DNA of 64,000 nucleotides from a virus: IMG/VR virus record IMGVR_UViG_3300020203_000008, positions 72,573 to 136,572 of that record; one strand, 5' to 3'. Shown piece by piece: positions 56,021 to 64,000 of this stretch (position 1 is its first letter; each line of letters starts with the position of its first letter). The notes under the pieces were generated by a model. It saw only the letters and a program-made list of their open reading frames with translations, ran no database searches and was not told where the DNA came from. The position numbers and the translations under genes were made by a program.

Positions 56021-56944
56021 TTAACCGATCAAGCCACGCTTCGTGATCTGGCCCTTCAGCATCAACGAACCGATGATGATTCCACCGATAGCAATGAGTG
56101 CCAGGGTCAGGTTACTGAAACCTGTAGCTGCGAGTTCAGGAGCAGGAGCGGTAGCAACTGCTGCGGGAACCGAAACGTCAACCGGAACAACCGGGGGAAC
56201 AACCGGGGGAACAACCGGGGGAACAACCGGGGGAACAACCGGAGGAGTGCAACCACCCTCAGGCTCACTCCACTTAGTAGAGAGATCCACCGACTCAAGC
56301 GAAACAGGGTAGTTCAATCCTGCAATCTCAATTGACCCAGGAACGTCCTGCTTGTCTGCCAGATGAGCAGTCACGGACTCACCAGGGTTCACGACCACGT
56401 TTTCACCATCAGTGAAGTTACCGTCACTGAAAAGGGCAAAAGGATAGACGTAGAACGCAAGGGTGCCAGTGTTCGTGACAGTGAGAGCAACGTTACCGTC
56501 ACAATCAGCAACCGCCGATGACGTTCCCGTAAGAGGAACAACCGGAGGGGTGCAACCCTCACCAGTGAAATGCAGCGTTGTATCAACAATGTAAGGGTTA
56601 GAGTCAGCAGGAGCATAGTTCACGGTAAACTGTACCGGAACATCTCCCACAAAGTTACCAGGCTTCGTCAGGGCGGCATGGGTAACCGGAACCCCATCGG
56701 TGAGACGCTCACCAACAGTGAAACCAGCGCCAGCCACAGTCACGATAGCATCCTGTGAATTCGTGTTGTTGTAAACGGCGGTAACGCTACCGACCTGCTC
56801 GAAGTTCTCTGAACAGACAACATTAGAAGTAGCCGTAGTGTCACCAGCCCAAGCAACACCAATGCCCTCAGTTGCAACAAGGACACCAGCAAAGCTTGTA
56901 CCGACGATGGCAGCAGCAGCCACCAGGCTAAGGATTCGTCGCAA
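56021..56944 (-). CDS. Secreted, sortase-anchored surface protein (LAxTG)
   Basis: N-terminal signal peptide; two beta domains; PPVV linker; LAATG plus TM helix and basic tail. Confidence 0.75.
   Translation of the reverse strand: MRRILSLVAAAAIVGTSFAGVLVATEGIGVAWAGDTTATSNVVCSENFEQVGSVTAVYNNTNSQDAIVTVAGAGFTVGERLTDGVPVTHAALTKPGNFVGDVPVQFTVNYAPADSNPYIVDTTLHFTGEGCTPPVVPLTGTSSAVADCDGNVALTVTNTGTLAFYVYPFALFSDGNFTDGENVVVNPGESVTAHLADKQDVPGSIEIAGLNYPVSLESVDLSTKWSEPEGGCTPPVVPPVVPPVVPPVVPPVVPVDVSVPAAVATAPAPELAATGFSNLTLALIAIGGIIIGSLMLKGQITKRGLIG
56184..56243. repeat. 12-bp tandem repeat encoding (PPVV)5
   Basis: GGAACAACCGGG repeated about 5 times. Confidence 0.9.
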
Positions 56945-57030
56945 TTTCTTACCTTTCGTTGGATTGGAGATTTGAATAGTATACGATCTGTCAAGCTAGA
57001 AGCGAGGCAAACTACCTCCCTTGCAAAATA

Positions 57031-57044
57031 CGAACATACGTTCG
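57031..57044. promoter_or_regulatory. LexA (SOS) box
   Basis: CGAAC-ATAC-GTTCG, intergenic, upstream of the surface protein gene. Confidence 0.7.
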
Positions 57045-57208
57045 ATCACGACTGCTTCAGGGACCTAGCGAAAAGGGCGCTCTCACGTTGTCTGTGCAGC
57101 CGTCGATCTTCTCGATCCTTGAGAAGCACCGTAAGAGCACCCATGAGGTAGCCAACAACTCCCATTGACATGAGAGCAACGGGAACAGAGAACGTCTCAC
57201 GAAACAGG

Positions 57209-57466
57209 TCAAGCATGCTGCTTCCGCTTCGTGGAACCATCAACCGTGATGGGAGCGTCCATGAACAGAGGCTTCGTGGAAGCATGCTTAAAACGCACGT
57301 TCTGAACGTCCTTGTAGGTCACACCATCAACCTCCAGGTTGATCGCGTTCATGCCATCAGACTTACGATCGCCCCACCAGGCACGGGTGACGGTTCCCTT
57401 GACATCGCCAAAAGTGGCATGGCTGCCAATAAAAACGTGAATACGATGACCCTTAATGTCCTTCAT
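57209..57466 (-). CDS. Hypothetical protein
   Basis: AAGGAG RBS; ATGA overlap. Confidence 0.55.
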   Translation of the reverse strand: MKDIKGHRIHVFIGSHATFGDVKGTVTRAWWGDRKSDGMNAINLEVDGVTYKDVQNVRFKHASTKPLFMDAPITVDGSTKRKQHA

Positions 57467-57801
57467 GCGTCGTACTCCTTCTCTAGGTATTTGATGTGAA
57501 GCTTCTTAACGCTATCTGCTGGAATCGTTACGATCTTGTCTGGTGCAGACGAAAACCCGTTGTTGAAACCAACCTGTATTCCAGTAATAGAACCGTTCTC
57601 ATTCTTCGTTACGTTCAAAAGGCAACGCTTCTGATACTTTGGACCCCAATGGGCTGAGATTGTTTTCATTAAGCCTCCAAAAGGTCGCGGACTGGGTACA
57701 GTTCTTCTAGGACTGCGATAAAGTCGTCGTCGGAAGCATCCCGGTTTTGGGGAAGCTTGACCCAGACGTTCATCGCAGACCAGGCTTGTGATTCGGTCCA
57801 T

Positions 57802-58233
57802 TCAGCCATCAGAACCTCCGGAGAGCCTAAGCTCACGCTCAGCCTGCTGGAATTCTTCCAAAAGACCATGCTCTGAGCGAGCAAGGTGAATAGCTTTAGC
57901 CTCAAGCTGTTCTGTGACTTGATCGTCTCCAAAGTCGCCTTCGTCATCGACATAAGCGATCTCTTCGTCTGTCAGAGCTTCACGGATCACAAAGCCATCG
58001 CACCAGTCAACAAAGTAACCGGCATCTGAGAGCTTGCTCTCGTAAAGCTCAATGTCCCATGAAAGAGACACTTGACCCATTTTTGACCAGTCGGGATTAG
58101 GCGTCTCGCTAAGGATCGAGCAAGCTTCTTCCAAAAAGTTCTGGCTGAGTTCCTCGACGGTATAGGTACTAGAACCTTCACCAACCGAGTAAACGTTTCG
58201 TCCTTCGTCGTCTTGAAAAAGCGGTTCAGGCAT
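57802..58233 (-). CDS. Acidic hypothetical protein
   Basis: Likely start MPEPLF with GGGAG RBS. Confidence 0.55.
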   Translation of the reverse strand: MPEPLFQDDEGRNVYSVGEGSSTYTVEELSQNFLEEACSILSETPNPDWSKMGQVSLSWDIELYESKLSDAGYFVDWCDGFVIREALTDEEIAYVDDEGDFGDDQVTEQLEAKAIHLARSEHGLLEEFQQAERELRLSGGSDG

Positions 58234-58426
58234 CGTATTCTCCCAACTTCTTCCATCCTGAGGAGGACGTTTTCCGCCAAAGGCTGTAAGTAGTCCAAGC
58301 CTTGGCATTCTTCGAGACATTAAACCGGATGAAGTTACGGACTGATTGGTACTCGCCGCTCATCACACCAAAAGTGCCTAGGCTGTCTGTACCGTCAGCG
58401 CGCTTAGGGATTGCGTATAGTTTCAT
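58226..58426 (-). CDS. Hypothetical protein
   Basis: GGAGG RBS; 66 aa. Confidence 0.5.
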   Translation of the reverse strand: MKLYAIPKRADGTDSLGTFGVMSGEYQSVRNFIRFNVSKNAKAWTTYSLWRKTSSSGWKKLGEYDA

Positions 58427-58437
58427 CTAAACCTCCG

Positions 58438-58668
58438 TTATCGGACGCAATTGCACGTCGCGTCTGGAATCTGCTGGACTGCACATTCCAGGTCGTGATG
58501 GTGATAAAACGGCCGAATGGAATGTTCGGGACAGGGATTGAACTGGAGTTCAGCGCCCTCGTGGCGGTGACGGAGAAACTCCTCGAACAGATCACGCAAA
58601 AGCGTCTCGTCGTCGGAGCAGCCCTCAGAACCCGTGGACTCGTAGCTGATATCGAAGTACGTTGCCAT
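58438..58668 (-). CDS. Cys/His hypothetical protein
   Basis: Likely start MATYF with GGAGG RBS. Confidence 0.5.
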   Translation of the reverse strand: MATYFDISYESTGSEGCSDDETLLRDLFEEFLRHRHEGAELQFNPCPEHSIRPFYHHHDLECAVQQIPDATCNCVR

Positions 58669-58738
58669 ACTAAAACCTCCGTTAGGATTCGATAAAGCCA
58701 GACCTAGTAGGAACCCGCGCCGTTCAGTCTGGCGGCTC

Positions 58739-58848
58739 CGGAGAGCCACAAAGCACCAACTGTATTGCCCTCATGGGGCGGGCTTAAGAGTCACCTAAGC
58801 CTGGGGTGACGAGTCCCATTTAACCAGTTGATGCTTTGTGGCCCTCCG
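58739..58848 (-). ncRNA. Structured RNA: 24-bp stem closing a multiloop
   Basis: 58739-58762 pairs with 58825-58848; both imperfect positions are G-U on the minus strand. Confidence 0.6.
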
Positions 58849-59148
58849 TAGTCAAAAAGGGGCCACAAGGCAGTTTGTACGGTTCATGCCTAGGAAGCAG
58901 GGATAAGGGATAGTAGTTTAATGTCTCCACCCTTCCATTAGGAGACAGATTTTAGAGAAGTTTGTGGCTAATAACTTGGTGACGAGGTAATCATTAGGAG
59001 ATAGAGCTATGAGAACAAGCGATCAAGGAAAGCGAAAAAGCCCTTGGCTTCCTCAGTCTTGGCGTATTGATACCAAGGTGGCATTACCGAACCTGGATAG
59101 GTTCGTGATGGCACTGGTCAAAAAGCCAGTGCAAGAGTCGCATCAGCA

Positions 59149-59346
59149 CTATGACCAACCTCCTCCATTGATGTCTTTCTCGGCTGCGATCAGGTTGAGA
59201 GCAGAAGCACCTTGCTCCATTGCAGACTTGTAGTTGCCGCGGTTGTATTGCGAAAGGCTGTTAAGCAAGAGTTGACGAATAGGGTCGTCTGGATCTCCAG
59301 CTTCAACAACTGCCTTACGCTCGACGGGAGCGAGCTTAAAATCCAA
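59149..59346 (-). CDS. Hypothetical protein
   Basis: GGAGG RBS before TTG. Confidence 0.5.
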   Translation of the reverse strand: MDFKLAPVERKAVVEAGDPDDPIRQLLLNSLSQYNRGNYKSAMEQGASALNLIAAEKDINGGGWS

Positions 59347-59490
59347 GGTTCCTCCTGATGGTTGGCTAAAAAGAGCCGGTTTTTATATCCCAGATATCCG
59401 GTAACTGGACTAATGCACCAACGGCCCGTAGCGTTCCTCCGCGGCACAGTAGATTCGACCATCAGTAAGGAATTCCGGAGCAGGCTTGAC

Positions 59491-59976
59491 CTAGAAGGTC
59501 AGGCTGCCGGTGAGCGAGCCCAGCGGCTTGAAGGTCCGTGCCTTCGGCGTACCCTTCTTGTACGCCGTGACCACGACGACCACGGTCGGCACAGTGCCGG
59601 CCTCGGTCTTGCGGTCCACGATGGTCGCAGTCACCTTGGCGATGTAGACGATGCCGAGGTTGATCTGGCCCATGTGAGTCACGGTCCAGTTGCCGCCCGT
59701 TCCGGTGCGAACCGAGCCGTCCTTGTTCTTGCGGGGAGCGGACTGGTGGACACCAGAAGCGACGGGAGCCAAAGCCTGGCCCTCGAAGCTAACGGAGATG
59801 CTGGACAGGATCTCCTGCCGGTTCGCCTCGGGGTCCGAAAGCGACCCTTCCTGGCGAGCCTCGTACCAGACGTTGCCTGAGGCACTCGGCTTGGCGGGAG
59901 CGAGGAGGTTTGCACCGTTCACCGACAGCGTGATGCTGCCGGGAAGAACGATCTCCTCGGTGGTGGTGGTGGTCAT
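59491..59976 (-). CDS. Hypothetical early protein bracketed by inverted repeats
   Basis: AGGAGG RBS; strongly biased codons; 161 aa. Confidence 0.7.
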   Translation of the reverse strand: MTTTTTEEIVLPGSITLSVNGANLLAPAKPSASGNVWYEARQEGSLSDPEANRQEILSSISVSFEGQALAPVASGVHQSAPRKNKDGSVRTGTGGNWTVTHMGQINLGIVYIAKVTATIVDRKTEAGTVPTVVVVVTAYKKGTPKARTFKPLGSLTGSLTF

Positions 59977-60008
59977 TGGATAACCCTCCTGGGTAGTCAG
60001 GCTGTCCG

Positions 60009-60182
60009 GGAGTTTCCCGGAGCAGCTTGAGCCACCCTAAACATGCAACGTTTCCCTGTCAGGGATTAATTAACCCTGATTCTAGTTTTAGACAGGCTTC
60101 CGAGCCGGTCTGGTCCCATTTTAGTCCAGACCTGCCCAAAACGTATGCATGAATAAGGTGGCTGAAGCTGCCCCGGAACTCC
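60009..60182 (-). ncRNA. Structured leader: about 45-bp imperfect stem closing a multi-hairpin loop
   Basis: GGAGTT-CCGG-GCAGCTT-AGCCACC-CATGCA-ACGTTT pairs with 60139-60182; inner hairpins. Confidence 0.55.
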
Positions 60183-60254
60183 TTACTGATGGCCGAATCC
60201 ACCAGAAGCTATACGGCTAAACCGAACCGAAAAGCCGCATAGCTTCCTACAGAT

Positions 60255-60740
60255 TCAACCTGGCATCGGGTCAGGGTCAGCTACTGTGACCCTAGAAGCT
60301 GCCCACCGAAGCGGCAGGTCAACCTTGGCCCGAATCATGGCCATCTCAGCTTGACGCCGAGTGACTCCAGGCAAAAGATCCGATTCTGGCCGATCGCCAA
60401 AACCTGCCCTTGTGATCTCTCGGGAAACTGCACCGATGGCAATGAACTTGGCTTGCTTCGCCTGCCTTTCGGTAGGCTGTTGAGCCGTCCACTCGGAGAT
60501 GACATCCTCGTGGAGTGTGAACCTCGACTCCCGCTGGCATTGGCACAAACCCTTGTGAAAGGGAGTGTTGCACTTCGGGCACCAGGAGCCAGAGACGTAC
60601 CGCTCAACCAATGCCTCGAAACGGTCGAGCTTGAGTTTCGGCTTCGGAGCCTTGGCAGGCTTCTTGGCCCTCGTGATCTCTGGCCCGTGAATGCACACGG
60701 TACACCATTCGGGTTCGAGGTAATCGTTGTGTTTGCACAC
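60255..60740 (-). CDS. Cys-rich hypothetical early protein
   Basis: CKH...CTVC, CPKC...CQC; GGAGG RBS; just downstream of the repeat motif. Confidence 0.6.
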   Translation of the reverse strand: MCKHNDYLEPEWCTVCIHGPEITRAKKPAKAPKPKLKLDRFEALVERYVSGSWCPKCNTPFHKGLCQCQRESRFTLHEDVISEWTAQQPTERQAKQAKFIAIGAVSREITRAGFGDRPESDLLPGVTRRQAEMAMIRAKVDLPLRWAASRVTVADPDPMPG

Positions 60741-60771
60741 AGCAATAACCTCCGGAATTGATGGGAAGTGA

Positions 60772-60835
60772 GAGAGTGTTCTAATCTCTCTCTCACTAAC
60801 CGGACGATGAAAACCGGAAAACCAGGAAAGAATTT
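60772..60835 (-). repeat. 64-bp direct repeat, copy 1 (putative early promoter)
   Basis: Identical to 61772-61835; contains TTCCTGGT-N14-CGTCCGGT on the minus strand. Confidence 0.85.
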
Positions 60836-60971
60836 CGGGAAGATTCCCGAGCTTCTAAACGGCTGTTACCGATTTTTTGGAGATTCGCCGGCGAGCTCCT
60901 ATATCTCGCTTTTTAAGCGAATTGAAGTTTGAGCACTTCGCTAGCCACCTAAAAGGTAGCTAGCGCAATGT

Positions 60972-61199
60972 TCAAGCCATTGCGCGCTGGATAAGGCGAC
61001 CGGTTTCAGGGAATTCCACGGTAGCGTCTGCAAAAACCCTCAGGATCACGATGCCATCCTGGAGAATCTTGGCATGACGGCCACAGTAGATTGCGACGAC
61101 CTGAGCCTTTTCAACAGCTTTCTCGATGCTGTCGGCAGAGTCATAGACGAAGTGCATGGGCTCTCCGTCCTTGCTGTCGTCGCTCATGATGTTGAACAT
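60972..61199 (-). CDS. Hypothetical protein
   Basis: AAGGAG RBS; followed by hairpin 60940-60964. Confidence 0.6.
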   Translation of the reverse strand: MFNIMSDDSKDGEPMHFVYDSADSIEKAVEKAQVVAIYCGRHAKILQDGIVILRVFADATVEFPETGRLIQRAMA

Positions 61200-61366
61200 G
61201 AGCTTCTCCTTGGCTGTCTTGAATCCGCTTAGTTGCGGATCAGACCTACTGGCTTCATTGGCAGTAGGTCTGACTCGGAACTAGCCAGTGTAGTGTTGCC
61301 GGAACTATCGAGCTTTGACTGTGGCAGCTATGGCCCAGAGGGCTCCTGCCGCCAAGTCGAGGAACC

Positions 61367-61480
61367 TCATCGGCTCCAACGATTCGAGCGGTACTGCCGA
61401 CGACGCTCCAGAACCCGGAGGATGTGGGCGAATTTCGCCTGGTCCTCGGCTGTGCGCTTGCGGGATTCGCTGTTGAGCAT
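61367..61480 (-). CDS. Small basic peptide (37 aa)
   Basis: Not in ORF track; GGGAG RBS then MLNSESRKR... Confidence 0.4.
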   Translation of the reverse strand: MLNSESRKRTAEDQAKFAHILRVLERRRQYRSNRWSR

Positions 61481-61771
61481 GACTGTCTCCCTTGAGTAGA
61501 CAATCAAGATTGCTAGCGCCTTAACTGCGAGGTACTGCCAAGTTAGTGTGGCCTAGCATTCGATTTTCCTGCCTTACTCCGGCGATGCTAGGCTCACTTG
61601 ATATTGCTTGAGCGCTTATCCCGTTTCGGGCAGGAAGTCGAATGCGATGCGGCCCTTTATGGCTCACGTCGCATCATATCCGCTGACGCTGATGCGTCTC
61701 GTCTCTGCAATCCCGTAGGATCGAGCCGGCGGATATTGGCTAGCTGAACAATCTTGATTGACTATTCAAGT

Positions 61772-61835
61772 GAGAGTGTTCTAATCTCTCTCTCACTAAC
61801 CGGACGATGAAAACCGGAAAACCAGGAAAGAATTT
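61772..61835 (-). repeat. 64-bp direct repeat, copy 2 (putative early promoter)
   Basis: Identical to 60772-60835. Confidence 0.85.
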
Positions 61836-62155
61836 TCCGCACTTTCGTCGTCTTTCTTCTGGCTGTTTTGATTTTGGCTTGAGTGATCGCCAGTAGATAT
61901 ATGGAGTTTTTATCTACTGGCCGCCCGGCCCCGGCCCCTTCTGGCCGCCGGCGGGCGCTTTGTCCGAATTGTCCGCTTCCGGTTAATCCGACCTCTTTTG
62001 TCCGGTTCGTCCGGCTCTTACCCTCGTAGGCGTGTGGTGCCCCTAGTTGGGCGGATCGACGGGTGGGCCATTCCCACCCCGAAGCTTTCAATTCGGACCC
62101 TAGAACGTTCTAGGTTTCGGAACGTTCTAGGTGGGAGAGAGAAGTCTCTCTGATT

Positions 62156-62198
62156 CTCTCTCTCATAGACCGGACGTTCGATGTCGTTTTACCAGGAA
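62156..62198 (-). promoter_or_regulatory. Diverged third copy of the bipartite motif
   Basis: TTCCTGGT-N14-CGTCCGGT-N3-TGAGAGAGAG conserved, spacer sequence different. Confidence 0.7.
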
Positions 62199-62217
62199 GT
62201 TTCGGAAGGTTTTTTTT

Positions 62218-62248
62218 CGAACGTTTGTTCGCCCCGAACGTTTGTTCG
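62218..62248. promoter_or_regulatory. Two tandem LexA (SOS) boxes
   Basis: CGAAC-GTTT-GTTCG at 62218-62231 and 62235-62248. Confidence 0.7.
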
Positions 62249-62343
62249 TGCCGGCGGTTCTGAGCTCTCCTACTTATCATATCTACCCTACCAATTAAGT
62301 AGAGATACTAGGTTGGTATATCCTATCGGAATAGTAGAGATTC

Positions 62344-62357
62344 CGAACATATGTTCG
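62344..62357. promoter_or_regulatory. LexA (SOS) box
   Basis: CGAAC-ATAT-GTTCG perfect palindrome. Confidence 0.7.
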
Positions 62358-62394
62358 TGCCGGCGGTTTTGGGTTTCGCCCGGCGAACCGGGCA

Positions 62395-62424
62395 AAAAAA
62401 ACCGGACCCTGTAGGGTCCGGTTT
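62395..62424 (-). terminator. Rho-independent terminator of the 411-aa gene
   Basis: AAACCGGACCC-TGTA-GGGTCCGGTTT with A7 on plus (U tract on minus). Confidence 0.8.
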
Positions 62425-62461
62425 CTCTGTAGCTTGAGCGCTGCCCGATGGGCAGCTACCG

Positions 62462-63697
62462 CTAGAGCGCGGCCCTCGCTGCCCGATGGGCTGCCACCGC
62501 GTCACTCACGCTGCCCGATGGCGCATCGACCATCGCCGCGAACGCTGCCCGTTCCGTGGCGAAAGGCCCACCGATCCATGCTGCCAATTCTGCCGACAGC
62601 ATCGGCACCGCTGTCGCTGTCCACCGCGGAACGCTGTCACGTCCGACGCGGTGCCATGAGCATTCCCGCCCGCTGTCGTCATGCTCCGGGGCGACGATCG
62701 TCGTCGTGTCGGCTCGCATGGCAGACTCTACCGCTACGCTTGACGTTCCCACGTCCGCGAACGCTGCCACGGTTTCGACACTCACGCTCTGCCGAACGTC
62801 TCGCGCCCACGCCTTGACAGCGTAGGCCGTAGCCTCCGCATCGGCAGCGGTAGCCTCCCTGTCTGCTGTCACCGCGAGTGCCCGACGCGCCGCGGCTGTC
62901 ACGTTCACACCGCGAGCTTGCTCACGCTTGCCGAGACCCTTGACGACGCGGAAGATCGGAGCCCGGTACTCTGACAGCAGAACGTCTGCCACGCTCACGG
63001 ATCGGCCGATGTTGGCAGACAGAGCCTCTGACAACGCTGTCAGGTTCGCCCACGCTGCCGATCCCTTACCCTCGCGGATGTTCGGCGTGACGCTGTCCAC
63101 CGCGTCACGCGTGATACGTTCGGCCGTCTGGCGAAGGTATGCATTCTCGGCCGAGTGCGCGGCAGTGAGGGTAGCATCGCCCACGCTGCCAGTACCGCTG
63201 TCCCGCTTCCGAAGACCTTGAATCACGACGGCCGGAAGGCTCGCGACGCTCACCGATGCCAGAACGGCGGTAGCCCGCTCAAGCGTTGTCACGCTGCCCA
63301 TTGTGAACCGGTTCGCGAGTCGTACCGTCTCACCCGCCCCAAGCTTGACAGCCAGGGTAGCCCATCGGGATTCGGTCAGGGTGCCCACGTCAGAGCGTGA
63401 GCCTCTGCTGTCCGCGAGACCTTGGGCCGATCGACTCGCGCGCCGTTCTGCTGCCATGGCTGCCGATACGGCGCGCACCGCGTCGGCAGCAGTGATCGTC
63501 TCGGCATCGGCACCGCGGAGACCTTCCCACGCTGTCGTTACCGCATCGCCCACGCTGTCGGCAGCGTTCGACCATCCGCGCTTGGCATACGCCGCGCCGA
63601 CTCTCTCGCCCACGCTGTCAAGCAGAGCGTACAATGCTGTCTCTCTCTCTGTCTCACCCGCTTCCGCTGTCTCTGTCTCTGTCGTCTCTGTCGTCAT
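62462..63697 (-). CDS. Ala-rich, GC-rich hypothetical protein (first gene of the early arm)
   Basis: 411-aa ORF; GAAAGGGA RBS; own terminator; weak sigma region-2-like segment. Confidence 0.7.
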   Translation of the reverse strand: MTTETTETETAEAGETERETALYALLDSVGERVGAAYAKRGWSNAADSVGDAVTTAWEGLRGADAETITAADAVRAVSAAMAAERRASRSAQGLADSRGSRSDVGTLTESRWATLAVKLGAGETVRLANRFTMGSVTTLERATAVLASVSVASLPAVVIQGLRKRDSGTGSVGDATLTAAHSAENAYLRQTAERITRDAVDSVTPNIREGKGSAAWANLTALSEALSANIGRSVSVADVLLSEYRAPIFRVVKGLGKREQARGVNVTAAARRALAVTADREATAADAEATAYAVKAWARDVRQSVSVETVAAFADVGTSSVAVESAMRADTTTIVAPEHDDSGRECSWHRVGRDSVPRWTATAVPMLSAELAAWIGGPFATERAAFAAMVDAPSGSVSDAVAAHRAARAAL

Positions 63698-63826
63698 GCT
63701 GTCCCTTTCGGTCCGGTTCGTTTCGAACTACCCTATCGGCGTTCACGCTCCCACGCTTTAGGGTTCCAGGGTAATTCTTGCAATTCTTTGCCCTATCTTG
63801 CGAGCTCTGCGAGCTCTATACCACTA

Positions 63827-63992
63827 TGTCCCATTCTGTCCGCCGGCGTACTTTTTGTTATATTTTTAATGCACCCTTTGTCCTATTCTGTCATATTTTT
63901 AATGTCCCTTTCGTAATTTATTGTTATTTAAAGAACCTTTTGTCCGTTTTGGGAAAGATGTCCCCCCCTGGGGGGTTTGGGCCATTTTGTCC
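63827..63992. repeat. AT-rich non-coding tract with iterated TGTCC boxes
   Basis: TGTCC at 63827, 63837, 63879, 63903, 63941, 63959 and 63988; duplicated ATATTTTTAATG-CCCTTT. Confidence 0.65.
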
Positions 63993-64000
63993 TTTTTCCT

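Noticed and set aside
60772-61835. Exact 1000-bp spacing of the two 64-bp repeats as meaningful or as an assembly artefact
   Set aside because: Flanks differ and a diverged third copy exists, so the repeat looks real; the round number is probably coincidence

Overview
This 64 kb window looks like most of a tailed dsDNA (siphovirus-type) phage genome. The host is probably actinobacterial, based on a Pup homologue, CGAAC-N4-GTTCG LexA boxes, an LAxTG sortase signal and Ku. The plus strand (1-30.2 kb) carries the tail module (major tail end, chaperone with a G-GGA-AAA -1 frameshift, 1813-aa tape measure, minor tails), pup and holin/membrane genes. It then carries replication and nucleotide genes: Cas4/RecB-like nuclease, AAA_24 ATPase, SSB, dCMP deaminase, primase-helicase, MTase, class II RNR, DUF4406-dNMP kinase fusion and HNH. 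The minus strand (30.3-63.7 kb) is a long early/accessory arm of mostly small ORFs. It includes CsrA, ParB-like, ribosomal bL12-CTD, RuvB, VWA plus MoxR AAA+, DNA ligase, Ku, a HicA-like gene and a sortase-anchored surface protein. No head genes, DNA polymerase, endolysin or integrase were recognised. The most unusual signals are (1) a phage-encoded conjugation-ready Pup (GGE); (2) a shared C-terminal AxxxLxxxAKEL helix on about 7 unrelated early proteins; (3) intergenic structured RNAs, including a circularly permuted tRNA mimic and a G-U-supported duplex bracketing a whole gene; and (4) repeated bipartite promoter-like motifs next to LexA boxes. All calls come from manual motif reading; no database searches were run.
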